A DNA stretch of 63,990 nt, counting the filler, from Octopus bimaculoides (Eukaryota): the NCBI RefSeq assembly GCF_001194135.2. It is 6 parts of 6 records of this genome, joined end to end, with 100 filler letters (N's around TTAATTAATTAA, not from the genome) between each part and the next. Parts side by side here need not be neighbours in the genome. Positions count along the whole stretch, not along the records: positions 40,169 to 45,641 come from NC_068993.1; positions 45,742 to 51,426 come from NC_068983.1; positions 51,527 to 58,314 come from NC_069007.1; 3 more parts are not named here. One strand, given 5' to 3'. Below the pieces are notes generated by a model that made no database searches, was not told where the DNA came from, and worked only from the letters and a program-made list of their open reading frames with translations. Positions 40,169 through 53,893 of the stretch are shown here, one piece after another (the first letter of the stretch is position 1; the number at the start of each line of letters is the position of its first letter). The translations under genes and the position numbers were made by a program.

Positions 40169-41987
40169 CTCTCTCTCTCGCTCTCTCTCTCTCTCACGCT
40201 CTCTCTCTCCTCTCACTCTCTCTCTCTCTCTCTCTCGCTCTCGCTCTCTCTCCTGCTCTTTCTCTCCCTCCCTCCCTCTAACTCCCCCTCCCCCTCTCTC
40301 CAAATATGTATATGTGTTGGAGTGTGTTTGTATTTATACTTCAGTTGTTGCTGTTTAGCCCCTACATAGGCTCCGAATGAGCAGTCCAGTGATCAAAGAC
40401 ATTCCAACCATGCCCATACTCTGTATTTTTTTTATCACACCACATCAGCCAATGTATCCATCTTTCATTATATGAAGGAGATTTGACTGCTATTCCTAGC
40501 TTGTTTAGTAACGAAGTCAAAGTTACCTTGATAATCAAATATATACTATACACACGTATACAAATTGTATTTGTATACGTGTGTATAGTATATATTTTCT
40601 TTTCCACAAATGTGTAAAAAAAATTGCCTAAAACACTAAATTACTCACAAAATCACTCCAGTATATTAATGCTGCCAACATATTTCTTCTTTGGCAAATA
40701 TCTAATAATTTATTTTTTCTGTCTATTCTATAAAAGTATTTTATAAATCAGAATTTTAAATTTGCTCATATTCTATGCTTGGTTGCATCAAAATTAACAT
40801 GATTTTATGCAAATTAAAGAGGAATGTTGGAATTTGATAGTAGCAAGAAATACATTTATTTTTTTTTTTCCAAACATTTTTGACTAGCCAAGGCTAGCAT
40901 ATAAAAATAAAAAAATGAAACAAAAGTAAAATAAAAAAGAATTAATAAGTTTGTAGTGAAACCAAATTCTGTGTCTCCTGGTCATAAAACTATTTACTGG
41001 GAAAATACATTTGATATCAAAGTAATAAAAATATGCAAAAAAAGAAAAGTATGTTCTCTGAAGAAAAGAAATATCTAATGTTTTGACTAGAACCTTTAAT
41101 CACAGAAAGAAATTCTGGGGAAAAAAGCAAAAAAAAAAAAAAAAAAAAAAAAAAACATTGTATTGGCTCTTCTGATATCCTCTCATTCTTGTAATAATAC
41201 TCTTTCATTTTCCAGTGAAGGACTTCCTCTGAAAAAGTTGCTTAATATTTTCTTTCTTCATAGATATTCTAACATAATTTATTTTGGTTTGCTGCATCCA
41301 CTTTTATTATTACATCAACGACTACAAGTCTTTTGGAATTCTACTGATTATGTAGGAATACCAGAACAACTTACTGTATTCCACTGCTGAGTTGAGTGTC
41401 CTCTTACTGACCAAAGATTTCCACTGACACCAATGCTATGTCAATAGCAAAGACATACAACTTTAATTGACTGAGTCCATTTGACTGATAGGTGGGGCAG
41501 TTCTGCTTTCTGTTATAAGTATTAGCAGCACCATATAACTGGGTCTTGTTAGCTTACAGTGCTGAGTTTCCAATGGTATATAACTATATAAAAGTGAAAA
41601 TTCCATGTAAATATCTATGGCTTAAGACATTGTAGAACTCAACCCCTCATTCATACCACAAAAGTCAGTCATATCATTTAAGTAATTACCAGTAACTTGG
41701 GAAATTTCGTCTTCAGTTTCCTAATATTACTAAAAAGTATTTATCTGCTGGCAGTGAATTTTCCATGCTCTGTGTGGGTTTGCTAGGCCTATTTATCAGT
41801 ATATTTATGTATATTTCAGTCTTACCTTAGTTCATTATCTGTAAGGACTTGTTCTGGTGTTTACATTATAAACTGATCAGCCAGGAATTGACAATGCTTA
41901 TGAACTTTGCAGACCTGGTCACTGAGATGCAGTTAATACACAGCTTTAACATCTGCAGCTCAATCTCTGTAATATATGCAAAATGGG

Positions 41988-42358
41988 CTGGAGGTGCAAT
42001 GGCCCAGTGGTTAGGGCAGCGGACTCGCGGTCGTAGGATCGCGGTTTCGATTCCCAGACCGGGCGTTGTGAGTGTCTATTGAGCGAAAAAACCTAAAGCT
42101 CCATGAGGCTCCAGCAGGGGATGGTGGCGAACCCTGCTGTACTCTTCCACCACAACTTTCTCTCACTCTTACTTCCTGTTTCTGTTGTGCCTGTAATTCA
42201 AAGGGTCAGCCTTGTCACACTGAATATCCCCAAGAACTATGTTAAGGGTACACATGTCTGTGGAGTGCTCAGCCACTTGCACGTTAATTTCATGAGCAGG
42301 CTGTTCCGTTGATCGGATCAACTGGAACCCTCGATGTCATAAGCGACGGAGTGCCAAC
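41988..42358 (+). mobile_element. Third SINE family, copy with a perfect 12-bp TSD
   Basis: ATGCAAAATGGG at 41976-41987 and 42359-42370; homologous to 13153-13533. Confidence 0.9.
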
Positions 42359-43705
42359 ATGCAAAATGGGACCTCAGGAGTCTAGTCCAAATACTTGCAC
42401 TCAAGTGACCTCCACTAAATCTACTCATTTAGTGATGTTAAATCAGATTGCATGTGAAGCTTACTCATGAAACATACTTGTTTTATATTTTAATTTTCTT
42501 TTTTTTTTTTTTTGTAGAGTCAGGCTATCATCTATTTGTGCTTTATGTTCCTTTACACTTATATTAACAGAAACCTTTTTTTACCCCTTTCGTAAATGTT
42601 AAACTAACTCTTACATAACGTTTAAACACTCATATGGTTTTAAACCCATGTTTGAAGTTTGCATTCTGTACCCAATGCTTTACACTCAACTAGTTTCTTC
42701 TTCTCTGCTCCATGCGTACCTGTTGTCTTCACTACCAACATTTCATATCCTTACCATAATTCTACTCCATTATACAATGGTTGTAAACCTGACTATACTG
42801 AAAAGAGAGAAAATAAAACATATTTGATTAATTTACTGACTAAACCTCTCCCTTCTTTGCTTATTTATGTATTTTTTCTGTAATTCTGACTTTGCTGTGG
42901 CTTGAGAAAATGGCAGTTAATCACAGGTGTCCTTCAAGTTCACTTTAAGAATATTTATTATTTAAATGGAATTATATATTTTATGCAGGCGAAAGACAGA
43001 ACACAGACCTGGCTTTCACTTTTCTTCTAACATTCGCAAGTAACTTTGTTGCTTCCGACTAGTGTTTTTGATCGATAGGTGTGTACTATAACATAACATC
43101 TCTGAGGACAAGTATATAAAATATAAATGCTGGGTTGCTTTTCAACACCCCTTTAACATGTGTGGTGAAATGGTGGGGATGACTGAATTTATGAGCTTTT
43201 ATGGTATGGCTGTTTAAATATTCCTCAAAAACTCTACTGTTATTTGCATCCGATTTCTGACATGTTTCAAACTTTAATTAAGGTGGTGAATAATTCACAT
43301 AGCCCTTCAGTTATTCTCACTTTTTCTCTCTTATATATGTGTATGTCTATTTTTGTCAATTGCCAAAAAATACCCAAACAATCACTTGTTTATTTACACC
43401 ATCCAACAGTTATCATGTGATTACTTTCATCCTCATGATGAGAGATTTTCATTTGTTGGTATTAACTCTCCTCCCAGTCTGTCTAGATATACATGTATCA
43501 AAAATATATAATTTAGCACAGCAAGGCATCGTTTTTACAATGTGTTTACCTTCCTCAGTGAAGACCAATTCTATTGTTGTGCTTTCTGTTTACAGCTTGA
43601 TGCACTAAACCATTGGTCACTCATACAGTGCAGGACTAATGACTGAATACCAATCACTGATACCTTCGTTGATGTCTTTTCAATTATATTGGTCCACTCT
43701 TCTAT

Positions 43706-43752
<47 letters not shown>

Positions 43753-44145
43753 GTATAAATGTGTGTATCTATATTATGGTTGAATGTATCTTTTGTGTAT
43801 GTGTATGTATGAGTGTATATTTATATTATTTATGTGTGAAAAGGTGCATGAGTTATACTGTGTGCATGTGTACCTATACACACACACACACACACACACA
43901 CAGTAAGAAACTAATGTATATATATATATAGCAATGTGCATTAATATATGATGTTGTATATGTAAAGATATAAGCATACAAGTATGTATATCTTAAAATA
44001 TTAGCTATGTATGCTACATGTACATACACATTTGGGTATTGTTCTAACGTCCTGTACCCTGATATGCATCTATATACACATGTAGATGCAAGTATGTACA
44101 TATATGTGTGTATACATGCATATATATTCTTTGTATTATTATTAT

Positions 44146-44222
<77 letters not shown>

Positions 44223-45306
44223 TTGTGTATGTTTTGTTAGAGAGGGAGAAGAAAGCAGAAATTTCCCCTGTGTTTTACTGAAAACACCCATTAAGATACA
44301 GAGCTCAATAGCCAACTTTAGTGTCACTTTGGTAAGGAGGAGTGCAGGTCAAGTGCTTAAAAGTGAAGTTTAAAGGTCAGGGATTCATAATGACCAACAC
44401 TGTCAATTAGAACCAGGATTAACTACCCAGACTGTGAGCTTTTACCCTTTTGTATACAGGCAGAATGACAGATACATTGTCATTTATGCTTGATTGTCAG
44501 CAGAGAGGCAAGTCAGTGAAAATATACAAGGAATTCATTTGATGGCATAGTGGTTGGTATATAGTTTTACATAAAACCAAAGCAACTTTATATCCTTTTC
44601 ATATTCTCTGCAAAGAAAAAAATAAAATCAATGAAAAATAAAATCTGTCAGTATTATATTCTAACAAAGTTACAATATTTTTTTTTTCAAATTATAGACA
44701 TTTTCTTTTTCTTTGTTTTTTTTTTGTTTTTTTTTCTTTTCGGTCTGGCGTTCTCCTGCCTCTCCTTTGCCCAATTAAGAGCTTGACTTCCAAACTATAT
44801 CAAGTTATATGACATTCTGCTGTGGTTGTTTTATTATACATACCTTCTTACTCAAATTCTATCATCCTATTTTATTAATCAAAGTTCCAAATTTAGCTGG
44901 ATATTTCTTACTTAAAGATTTGTCAGCCTGAAGGGGAAAATGTCATTGTAATAATCACAATGAATACAGGTTTTTATATATATATATATATTTTTCCTTC
45001 TGAATCAGTTTGTAGCATGACATCCTCACAGTATGACAACAATACAGAAATCATAATTTTCTTTGTGCAAAATTCCAATAATCTGAAATTTCGGCTGGAA
45101 AGGTTACACTGACTAGATCACAACAAAATACTAGGAATGGTAAGTCTATAAATATCCATGGTAACAAGAGAAAATATTAGACGAGAAGCTATAACTGTCT
45201 GTCCATAACTATAGTGTTTGGACTTCAGATAAGCAATGCATGAAAGTTTCCATTCTTTCAAGAGATAGCTTCAACTCATTGCACCAGTGTTAGAAATTAT
45301 TATTAC

Positions 45307-45641
45307 GAAGGAGTCATACCCTATGACTGGTGTAGCAGCATCATAGTCAACTGCTACAAAGGTAAAGGGGACGCTTTAGATACAAATAATTACAGAGGCA
45401 TCAAGCTGTTAGATCAGGTTATGAAAGTTACAGAGAGGGTCATAGCCCAACTAATTAGGGAGCGAATCAATTTAGATGAGATGCAGTTTGGGTTCGTGCC
45501 AGGTAAAAGCACTACTGATGCCTTATTTCTAGTGAGACAGTTGCAAGAGAAATACCTAGCCAAGGATAAACCTCTGTACCTGGCTTTCGTTGACATGGAG
45601 AAAGCCTTTGACAGGGTCCCCCGATCCCTTATCTGGTGGTC
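45307..45641 (+). mobile_element. RTE-clade LINE reverse transcriptase fragment (5'-truncated, cut by spacer)
   Basis: Open frame EGVIPYDWCSSIIVNCYKGKGDALDTNNYRGIKLLDQVMKV..QFGFVPGKSTTDALF..QEKY..LYLAFVDMEKAFDRVPR. Confidence 0.92.
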
Positions 45642-45741
45642 NNNNNNNNNNNNNNNNNNNNNNNNNNNNNNNNNNNNNNNNNNNNTTAATTAATTAANNN
45701 NNNNNNNNNNNNNNNNNNNNNNNNNNNNNNNNNNNNNNNNN
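45642..45741. other. Artificial scaffold spacer
   Basis: 44N-TTAATTAATTAA-44N. Confidence 0.95.
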
Positions 45742-45828
45742 CAAAACTGTTTGATTGAATATTCTTCTTTCTCTCTTTTTCTTTCTTTCTTTCTGCTTAT
45801 TAAAAAACTGACAAAAGCTGATGATGTC

Positions 45829-46025
45829 ATTCTATCAACGTATGGACGCTGGTTACTCACGTTCATAGTTTACCTTTGGTTTCTGAAATTTTGAATTTTC
45901 AATCACCTTTTGGTTTGAACTTGAGAAAGACAGACGTTCTGTCGAAATATTGTTCAAAAAATAAAACATCTAAAATCGCACTCTTCGTCTTGACTATTTA
46001 CCTTCGTGAAGAGTTACGTCAATCC
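45829..46025. repeat. ~200-bp interspersed repeat, inverted copy of 55667-55863, abutting (TAA)n
   Basis: Direct reverse-complement comparison shows high identity. Confidence 0.85.
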
Positions 46026-46036
46026 TTTTTTTAAAA

Positions 46037-46095
<59 letters not shown>

Positions 46096-48589
46096 TTGAA
46101 CTTTGTTTCCCACAAGAGCCAATTCATTAATTCAAATAGTGTTTCTAAGGAATACACTCAGATATCTATATAGAAATAGTGAGTGGCGAAAATGTTATAT
46201 AAAACAAATTGTAGATAAAATACACAAATAAATGAAAATGTAAGTATACATATAGGTAAATATAAATAAACAACCGGGTATAATAGGCGCTAGTACAAAG
46301 CTGCCACATAGATTGGATGCGCATCCGACCACTCTAACAGCTTTCCATTTCTAGTAGAGGAAACTAACACGCTTCAATTTTTTTTTTTTTCGTCTTCGGA
46401 ACTTATATCTACCTAAACACATGTTATTCTGTTCCACCTGTTCACTTACCGCCATCCTATACTGTGTCAGAAATGAGACAACAAGGCAAGAGCCAAGCGC
46501 GCTACAAGTATTTCTAGCCGATGCCAATATGTTTCAGCTTCCCATGTATTGCATCAGCAGTCTATGGTTAAAGGTGTAACCAAGCAAGTCCACATGATTC
46601 CTCTTTTCGTCCTCGATCTTAAAGATCAAACACACATTTTCCATAAGCATTAGCCTGCAGTTGAGCACACACGTTGCGATATATTGATCAATGTTTCTTC
46701 CAACTCTTCCTTTGAAATCATACGGTAGCCCCGCTTTTTTTTTAAGAAAAAAGCAGTGATACGTGACTTTCGTTTTGCCTGTTCCTTAATTAATTTCCTC
46801 GGGGGAGAACGTTTGTGTCATATAGCATAGCACTTTCCATTTTTTCTTTCTTTTCTTTTTTGAAACAAACCTCTATCGAGTTGTTGTTTAGTGATGCTAA
46901 CAAAACGGCTGCATTTGCTCTTATCTCTAGCATTATTAGAAATGCTATTACGTTCTCCATTTGTTTACGTGCAAGTACTTATTGGTGCCAGCTAAATCAA
47001 TTCTATTCCTTTTCAGATATTTTTCTAGAGATGAACAAAGCTATTTCGTTTGTTGCAAGCTTGGCCCCTTGGATCATTGAGAACGTACTGAGTTGTTAGC
47101 AAAGAAAAATGTTGTATGATCCCTTAAATGTCTTGGAGACAGGCAGATATTTCCTCTATCTTAGACAAAAGGGGAGGCATTCAAATGTTCCTAGGTCACT
47201 TGTTTACAAAATGGAAAAGTTCTCCTTCAGTAAACAAATTATCATAAAATCCAACGTTTCGCGGAAACATCTCGTCGACATCAACATACCAAAAGAGAAG
47301 AAGAAGAAGAAGAAGAAGAAGAAGAAGAAGAAGAAGAAGAAGAAGAAGAAGAAGAAGAAGAAGAAGGTGTAGTTCAAGATAAAACAAATTTAACAAGATA
47401 ACGCTGCACTAGTCATTGCAGAGTTACACATGACAATTTATCCAAAATACTTGAGCAATTTTAAAGAGACGTATGAGCTGTGAATGGAAAAGAAATGAAG
47501 CGAAAGATAATATGAATTCGAACACACTTGTGATTGAACATTCATTTATAACAGACAATAGCAAAATGTAAGGAAAATTGAAATAAAACAATTCATTGAA
47601 GGATTTACACTGGAAATAAACTTGCTGATTATACACGTAGAATATTGCCTATTACAAACAAGAAGTTCCATAACAGAACTAACCTTATACAAATTCATAA
47701 GACTACAAAAGAAATAAAACAATGCGACAGAAAAGATTGCACATAAAGGAGCCGTCAAAATACTACACAAATCACCAAAAAAGTAATTAACGAGTTATAA
47801 CAGAAATTCAAAAACAGACTCAAAGAAAGACGATATACAAAAACAAAATAATGATTTTAAAAAATGGAAACCATAGAAGTACGAATAAAATGAATTCTTT
47901 AACAAATGTGAAAAAATCATCATCAATCCCACGCATAATAAAAATAAAAATAAGAGAAATCACAACGTATCAAACAAAGTTAACACTGAAATCAACAGAA
48001 CTGAAAAGAAGAATATAGTCAATGAACTTGGTTAAACAGGAATAGTAGCCAAATCACACCCTCAGGATATATTGCACATAGAAAGACAAAGAGTCACGAG
48101 ATGATGATATGTATTCAAATTTATTTTATCATACTTGACCCCACGCTAAATATTCAGAAGAAACAACTCTCACTACAAAAAAATTATAGTAGTAAATAAA
48201 TCGAACTTTGCAGTCGTAAAACACATTGCTACTGACACCTCAGAAATATAGAGGCACAACTAGTGTGGCAATAGATATGTCTGCTCATAGATATGTTTAT
48301 CCTAGCAGACTCCAACACTTCTGTAAAAACATTTGAAAAGTTAAGTAGATAAAATCACGTTGAAATGGGGGTCTTTAAAATGTGACATCTAAGAACAACA
48401 AACTTACCTGTAATCACCGGAGTTTCTATGACAATAGCAAATGGCACTCTCAACTGCTATGACCAAATGTCAAGAAACTCCAAGATATCAGGACTACAAA
48501 AACTTGCTCCCATGGATGTTTCCCACAGTCTAACAAAAATATTATAAACTTGAAAATATCTGATTCTCTTCTACCTTTTTCATATATGA

Positions 48590-48705
48590 TGGTCGATTAG
48601 AGAGCCTGGTCTCACTGATAGCCACCACATCCAAACTAAGTGACCTGAGGTGATCCTGTTTGTAAGGCGACTCCAGGCTGCATGCATTTATGGCCTTGAA
48701 CAAGA
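48590..48705 (-). mobile_element. L1/Tx1-like LINE APE endonuclease N-terminal remnant
   Basis: INACSLESPYKQ..LRSLSLDVVAISETRL resembles the APE first motifs (N.R.L...D...I.ET.L). Confidence 0.6.
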
Positions 48706-50168
48706 CTAGGTTTGTCAGAGAAAGTGAATGAATTAAATCACCAGATTTCTGCAGAGAGACAGGTGTTCTGTACTTTTGGTTACTTGTGGGTTTCCCCAGA
48801 AGCATTTTTTGTAGAGTCTTTTGTTTATGGTCCCACGGACATCCTTTGGGATACTTTGCTTTCAGTTTTTTGCAAGTTCGTTGTGTTTTGTTTTACAATT
48901 TTATGTGAATAGGTGTGTTATGCGGGATTGCTTTGTACTCAAGTAGTGTCTGTGCATTTTAGAATATGTTTTATTAATTTCTTATTGTTTTGTCTATATT
49001 GTTGTTGTGTTTAAAGGTATCTGCAGTAGCGGGGGCTTTCTATTTCTTTGCCAGAAAGTCTTTAAGTGATTTGTGTCGCTACACATGTGGAATCTCTTGC
49101 CTTCTACTGCTACGAATAGCGATGTACCATTAAGGCTATTCATATCAGAATTAGATTCGATACTTCCTGATCGGTCTGTATTGATAATTCTATTCCCTTG
49201 CCTTACTAATTTTCTTTTCCCATTTTGTTCACTTGGAGAATTATTGTTTTATTCTCTATGTCGTATATGGTTGCCACTGGCAAAGAGATGTCCACTTCTG
49301 GTGATACCTGTGCTGCCTTTATTTTACCGAGGTACGTCAGGAAATTCTTGAATTTCGAAGGATATCGTTGCACTTTCTTTTTATTTTAATTTTTTTTTTC
49401 AGTTGGGAATCTTACTTCAGCTGTGTCAAAGTATTTTCCACGGGAAACATTAGTTTATATCCCCGAAACTGGTCTTAGGCATTTTCAATCTGAGTTTGCG
49501 TCACTCGCTCCAGTCTCTCGGTTTTTGCTGAAATACATTTGTATGTGGTAGTATTTTTTCTAGTATCTTCCTGAAGTTTCTGTGGCGTGTTTAGAAATAC
49601 TATTTTACTATTCTTTGTTAAGTGTGCTTTGGGGTTATTCAGCGTTTTTATTTTTCTGGCAAATCAGCTTTCACTAGTCCACGACATGCTCGTGCGAAAC
49701 CGTTTCCAATTTCTTTTAGAAATAAGAACGGCCACTGTTTCCATTCTGTTGATGTTTGTGTTGGTAGTAGTGGTGGGGGAATGGTTTTGAAGGTTATGTT
49801 TGTGTCATTTTGAATTTTTTCCTATTCGTCACTGCTGCTGCTACTTCTGTTGTTGTTGTTGTTGGCCGCGATTTGTCTCTCGGTCATATCAACTACTGGT
49901 GGGAAGATAATGGCTGTGCAAACAGTCATCACTTCGCTCGATCTGGAAAGCCATGTAGTTATTTTTGTTCCGAATTATTAAATATTGAATTATAATATCA
50001 AAAATCGCCCTTAACGAGAAAAGTTTTCTTTAAACCAGCCGCTCTAAGCAAAGCGAGCTGGCATATTTAGTAAACCGTCCAACAAAAATTCCGATACTAA
50101 ATAATAAAATAACAAATTAAAAAGAAAGCCTACGAGCCACGATCAATCATCCTACGTTTTCAAACACA

Positions 50169-50206
<38 letters not shown>

Positions 50207-50331
50207 GATCCTACGCAAAACACTTTCAATACAATGACCATAAGAGCATTACAGCAAACCACAGCACATACCCAAGGCACACAGAGCTGCGCTCAGTAGT
50301 GAAGTGAAAGCATGTTATGAAAATAAGACTA

Positions 50332-50334
<3 letters not shown>
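50207..50334 (+). mobile_element. R4/Dong extreme 3' fragment (ILRKTLSIQ* plus 3' UTR) between (TAA)n tracts
   Basis: Near-identical to 56990-57120; (TAA)n on both sides. Confidence 0.8.
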
Positions 50335-50395
<61 letters not shown>

Positions 50396-50570
50396 GAGAA
50401 AGCAACCATCCTCTGGGATATGCCAATACACATATGAGAAAACAACCATACTCTGGGATATAACAATACACACGAGAAAGCAACAATACTCTGGGATATG
50501 CTAATACACACAGATAGAGAAATTAAGGCCAATAGACCGGATATAGTTGTCAGAGATCATCAAGCAAAAG
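50396..50570 (+). mobile_element. R4/Dong fragment (EKATILWDM.IHTDREIKANRPDIVV) with a triplicated ~39-bp 5' end
   Basis: RLE-domain PDIVV motif; three tandem GAGAAAGCAACCAT.CTCTGGGATATGCCAATACAC units. Confidence 0.8.
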
Positions 50571-50619
50571 TTTTTTTCTAATTGAAAGAATTGAAATTGA
50601 AAACGAATGAAACTCAAAA

Positions 50620-51239
50620 TAGGTGGGTGAAGAAAAGAATGCATGGTCAATTTCATAGGGATGTTGAAGATAAGACAGACAGAGAATAAAGATGGATGTG
50701 GATGACTAAAAGTGATTTAAAACCTGAAACGGAAGCTCTAATCTGTCCTGCCTAAGAGCAAGCACTAAGAACAAATACATGAAATACAGAATAGACAACA
50801 CAGCAGGAAGTAATAAGTGCAGAATCTGTGGACAAAATGGTGAAACCGTATGGCATATTACCAGCCAATGTACGCCACTAGCCCAGAAAGAATATAAGAG
50901 ACACCACGACAATATAGCCAGTGTTGTGCAATTAGACACTTTGCAACAAGTATGGACTTGACAGAGCAAAAATTGGTACGACTACAAAACTGAAGGCATC
51001 GTCGAAAATAGAAATGCAAAGCTCCTATGGGATTTTATGATTCAGTGCGACCATGAGAAAGAGAACGGGAAGCTGGACATAGTCTTGCAGAAAACAGCAC
51101 TGCTTAGAACCACTCGAATACTACGGAAGGTGCTCGAAAAATAAGAGGTGTTACCTTAGTTCACTGGTAGTGAACAGCTGACACTGTAGTACATCTCCAG
51201 CGTTAGAAGCTGTGCAAAGGCAATAATAATAATAATAAT
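50620..51239 (+). mobile_element. Second R4/Dong subfamily fragment, degenerate, with 3' UTR and (AAT)n tail
   Basis: MHGQF..KPETEALICPA*EQALRTN..CRICGQNGETVWHITSQCTPLAQKEYKRHHDN (CCHC knuckle)..LQKTALLRTTRILRKVLE. Confidence 0.85.
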
Positions 51240-51426
51240 CCCTTCTACTAGAAGTACAAGGCTTCAGATTTGAGGAAAGGGATTAAGTCAATTACATCGA
51301 CTCGAGTGCGCAACTGGTACTTAATTTATATTCCCCGAAAGGATGAAAGGTAAAGCTGACCTCGGAGGAATTTGAACACAGAACGTAGCGACGGGCAGAA
51401 TACCGCAAAGCATTTCGTCCAGCGTG

Positions 51427-51526
51427 NNNNNNNNNNNNNNNNNNNNNNNNNNNNNNNNNNNNNNNNNNNNTTAATTAATTAANNNNNNNNNNNNNNNNNN
51501 NNNNNNNNNNNNNNNNNNNNNNNNNN
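51427..51526. other. Artificial scaffold spacer
   Basis: 44N-TTAATTAATTAA-44N. Confidence 0.95.
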
Positions 51527-51760
51527 ACACGTGCCATCCTTGCTACATTCAGCCATCTTTTTTTGAAGCATTCACTAGACAAGACTTCCCTTTCTACTCT
51601 CACCTTCCTCTTCAGGTGATACTTGAAGAAGTTGATGAGAGATTGCCCAGAGAGGAAAGTCTTTGTCTCTAGACCTTTCAGACGCGTCCACCATACACAT
51701 TCTTTCGCCATAGCCACAAGTACGATGAAAATAGCTCTTCCTTCCCGTTTAAAGGAAGGA
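51527..51760 (-). mobile_element. Tx1-like LINE ORF2 C-terminal fragment
   Basis: LVAMAKECVWWTRLKG..FLSGQSLINFFKYHLKRKVRVERE..FKKRWLNVAR resembles the L1/Tx1 C-terminus (W..R..F..RW). Confidence 0.6.
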
Positions 51761-53849
51761 GGCGCGACAATATTCACGATAGACTCGGCTGATAGACCGA
51801 CTCGTCCCACACGCGATAGCAGTTGTTCGACGTAAGATAAATAGAGGGATAGATAGATAGATAAATATATATATATATTTATACACGACGCGCTTTGTTC
51901 AGTTTCCGTTTACCAAATTCACCCAAAAGGCATTGATCGGCCCGAGGCTATAGTAGAAGACATTTGACCAAGGTGCCACGCAGTGGGACTGAACCCGGAA
52001 CCGTGTATGTGTGTGTGTGTGTCTGTCTGTCTAAACAGAAGGTAGAGTTGTTGGGTGATGGGTGGGCTGTGTGTGTATCAATGTGTGTATGTCTGTGTAT
52101 ATGTGGTAGTGGTAGTATTGATGGTGGTGGCGATGGTGATGGTGATGATGGTAATGGGGGTGGTTGGGCGGTAGTGGTGGTCGTTATTGCAGTGTGTGTG
52201 TGTGTGTGCGTGCGTGTGTGTGCGTGTGTGAGTTTGTCCAGACGTAAGATGGTGGTGGTGTTGCTGGCAGAAGTGATGGAAGAGGCGATGGTCACGTAGA
52301 TGGTTGCGGTGTGTGTGTGTGTTGAAAATGTAAACACAAGTTTTAAAATTCCAACCAGAACAAACGGGAACCAAGAAGAATCAAGAGAAGGAAATTAAAA
52401 ACNNNNNNNNNNNNNNNNNNNNNNNNNNNNNNNNNNNNNNNNNNNNNNNNNNNNNNNNNNNNNNNNNNNNNNNNNNNNNNNNNNNNNNNNNNNNNNNNNN
52501 NNNNNNNNNNNNNNNNNNNNNNNNNNNNNNNNNNNNNNNNNNNNNNNNNNNNNNNNNNNNNNNNNNNNNNNNNNNNNNNNNNNNNNNNNNNNNNNNNNNN
52601 NNNNNNNNNNNNNNNNNNNNNNNNNNNNNNNNNNNNNNNNNNNNNNNNNNNNNNNNNNNNNNNNNNNNNNNNNNNNNNNNNNNNNNNNNNNNNNNNNNNN
52701 NNNNNNNNNNNNNNNNNNNNNNNNNNNNNNNNNNNNNNNNNNNNNNNNNNNNNNNNNNNNNNNNNNNNNNNNNNNNNNNNNNNNNNNNNNNNNNNNNNNN
52801 NNNNNNNNNNNNNNNNNNNNNNNNNNNNNNNNNNNNNNNNNNNNNNNNNNNNNNNNNNNNNNNNNNNNNNNNNNNNNNNNNNNNNNNNNNNNNNNNNNNN
52901 NNNNNNNNNNNNNNNNNNNNNNNNNNNNNNNNNNNNNNNNNNNNNNNNNNNNNNNNNNNNNNNNNNNNNNNNNNNNNNNNNNNNNNNNNNNNNNNNNNNA
53001 CTGGTCGTTCCTACTATATTAAGAATATAAAATGGAGAGTCACCAGTAACCTTCATTGTAGATAAGGTACATATGTTAATCACATATTTCAACTGCTAAA
53101 GGCAAATACACTACAGTTACCGTGGAGAAAAAAATCTCTTCGTAATATGGCCTGAAAACAGCGTCGCATCTCTCAAGAATCTCAAATATCGACGTTTCAA
53201 GTTTATTGACTCTTGTCGACGAGATGTACCTAAAAGAGGCAACTCTGAACGAACTAAATAAAGCTTGTAGCTTTGTATATATAAATATATAATCCACTCA
53301 ACACGTTGACTGATTTGCTCTTGTAGATCGCCCGATCGAGATAAATAACGAAGTAATGACGTAAAGCAGTGTTTACGTATAATCACAATTTAGATATATA
53401 AATAATAACTTATCAAGGTGGTTTGACCCTTATTTCTAGCAATGCTGGTGCTGACGTGCACCCTTAGTTACTTTAATGATGATTTTGCGGATCGGCAAAA
53501 GTATCGATAGAATAACCAGGCTTAGAAAAAAGGGAAGAAAGAAAAGAAAAAAAGGACTGGGGTCGATTTCTTCTATTAAAACTTTGGACGCTGTGCCCCA
53601 GCATGACCGCAGTCCAATGACCGAAATATGTAAATGATAAAAAGTTTAGTTGAAGAAAAATCACGATTCAAAATAAAGAAACGAATGGTGAACGCGGATG
53701 TGTTTATCGAACGAACAGACTTTAGCCTCGATGTGAGTCAGGTTATTTTCGTCCCGAAGAGATTCACGGCCATCTTAGAATACAAACAGACAGATTTAAG
53801 TACAGTGGTAAATCCTAAAAGCAGGATTCAAATTGATTGGAATCTTTTA

Positions 53850-53893
<44 letters not shown>

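Noticed and set aside
42755-42797. Minus-strand exon-like segment (strong pyrimidine tract plus CAG, ATG|GTAAGG) and a further donor near 41826
   Set aside because: All frames from the strong acceptor contain stops and the peptide is unrecognisable; could be a non-coding exon but needs RNA data.
42989-43080. Possible SLC4A11 exon (ERQNTDLAFTFLLTF..) after TTATGCAG
   Set aside because: Only vague similarity; in-frame stop before the best donor; intervening exons absent.
45009-45139. Good donor ATG|GTAAGT at about 45139
   Set aside because: No open frame back to a plausible acceptor.
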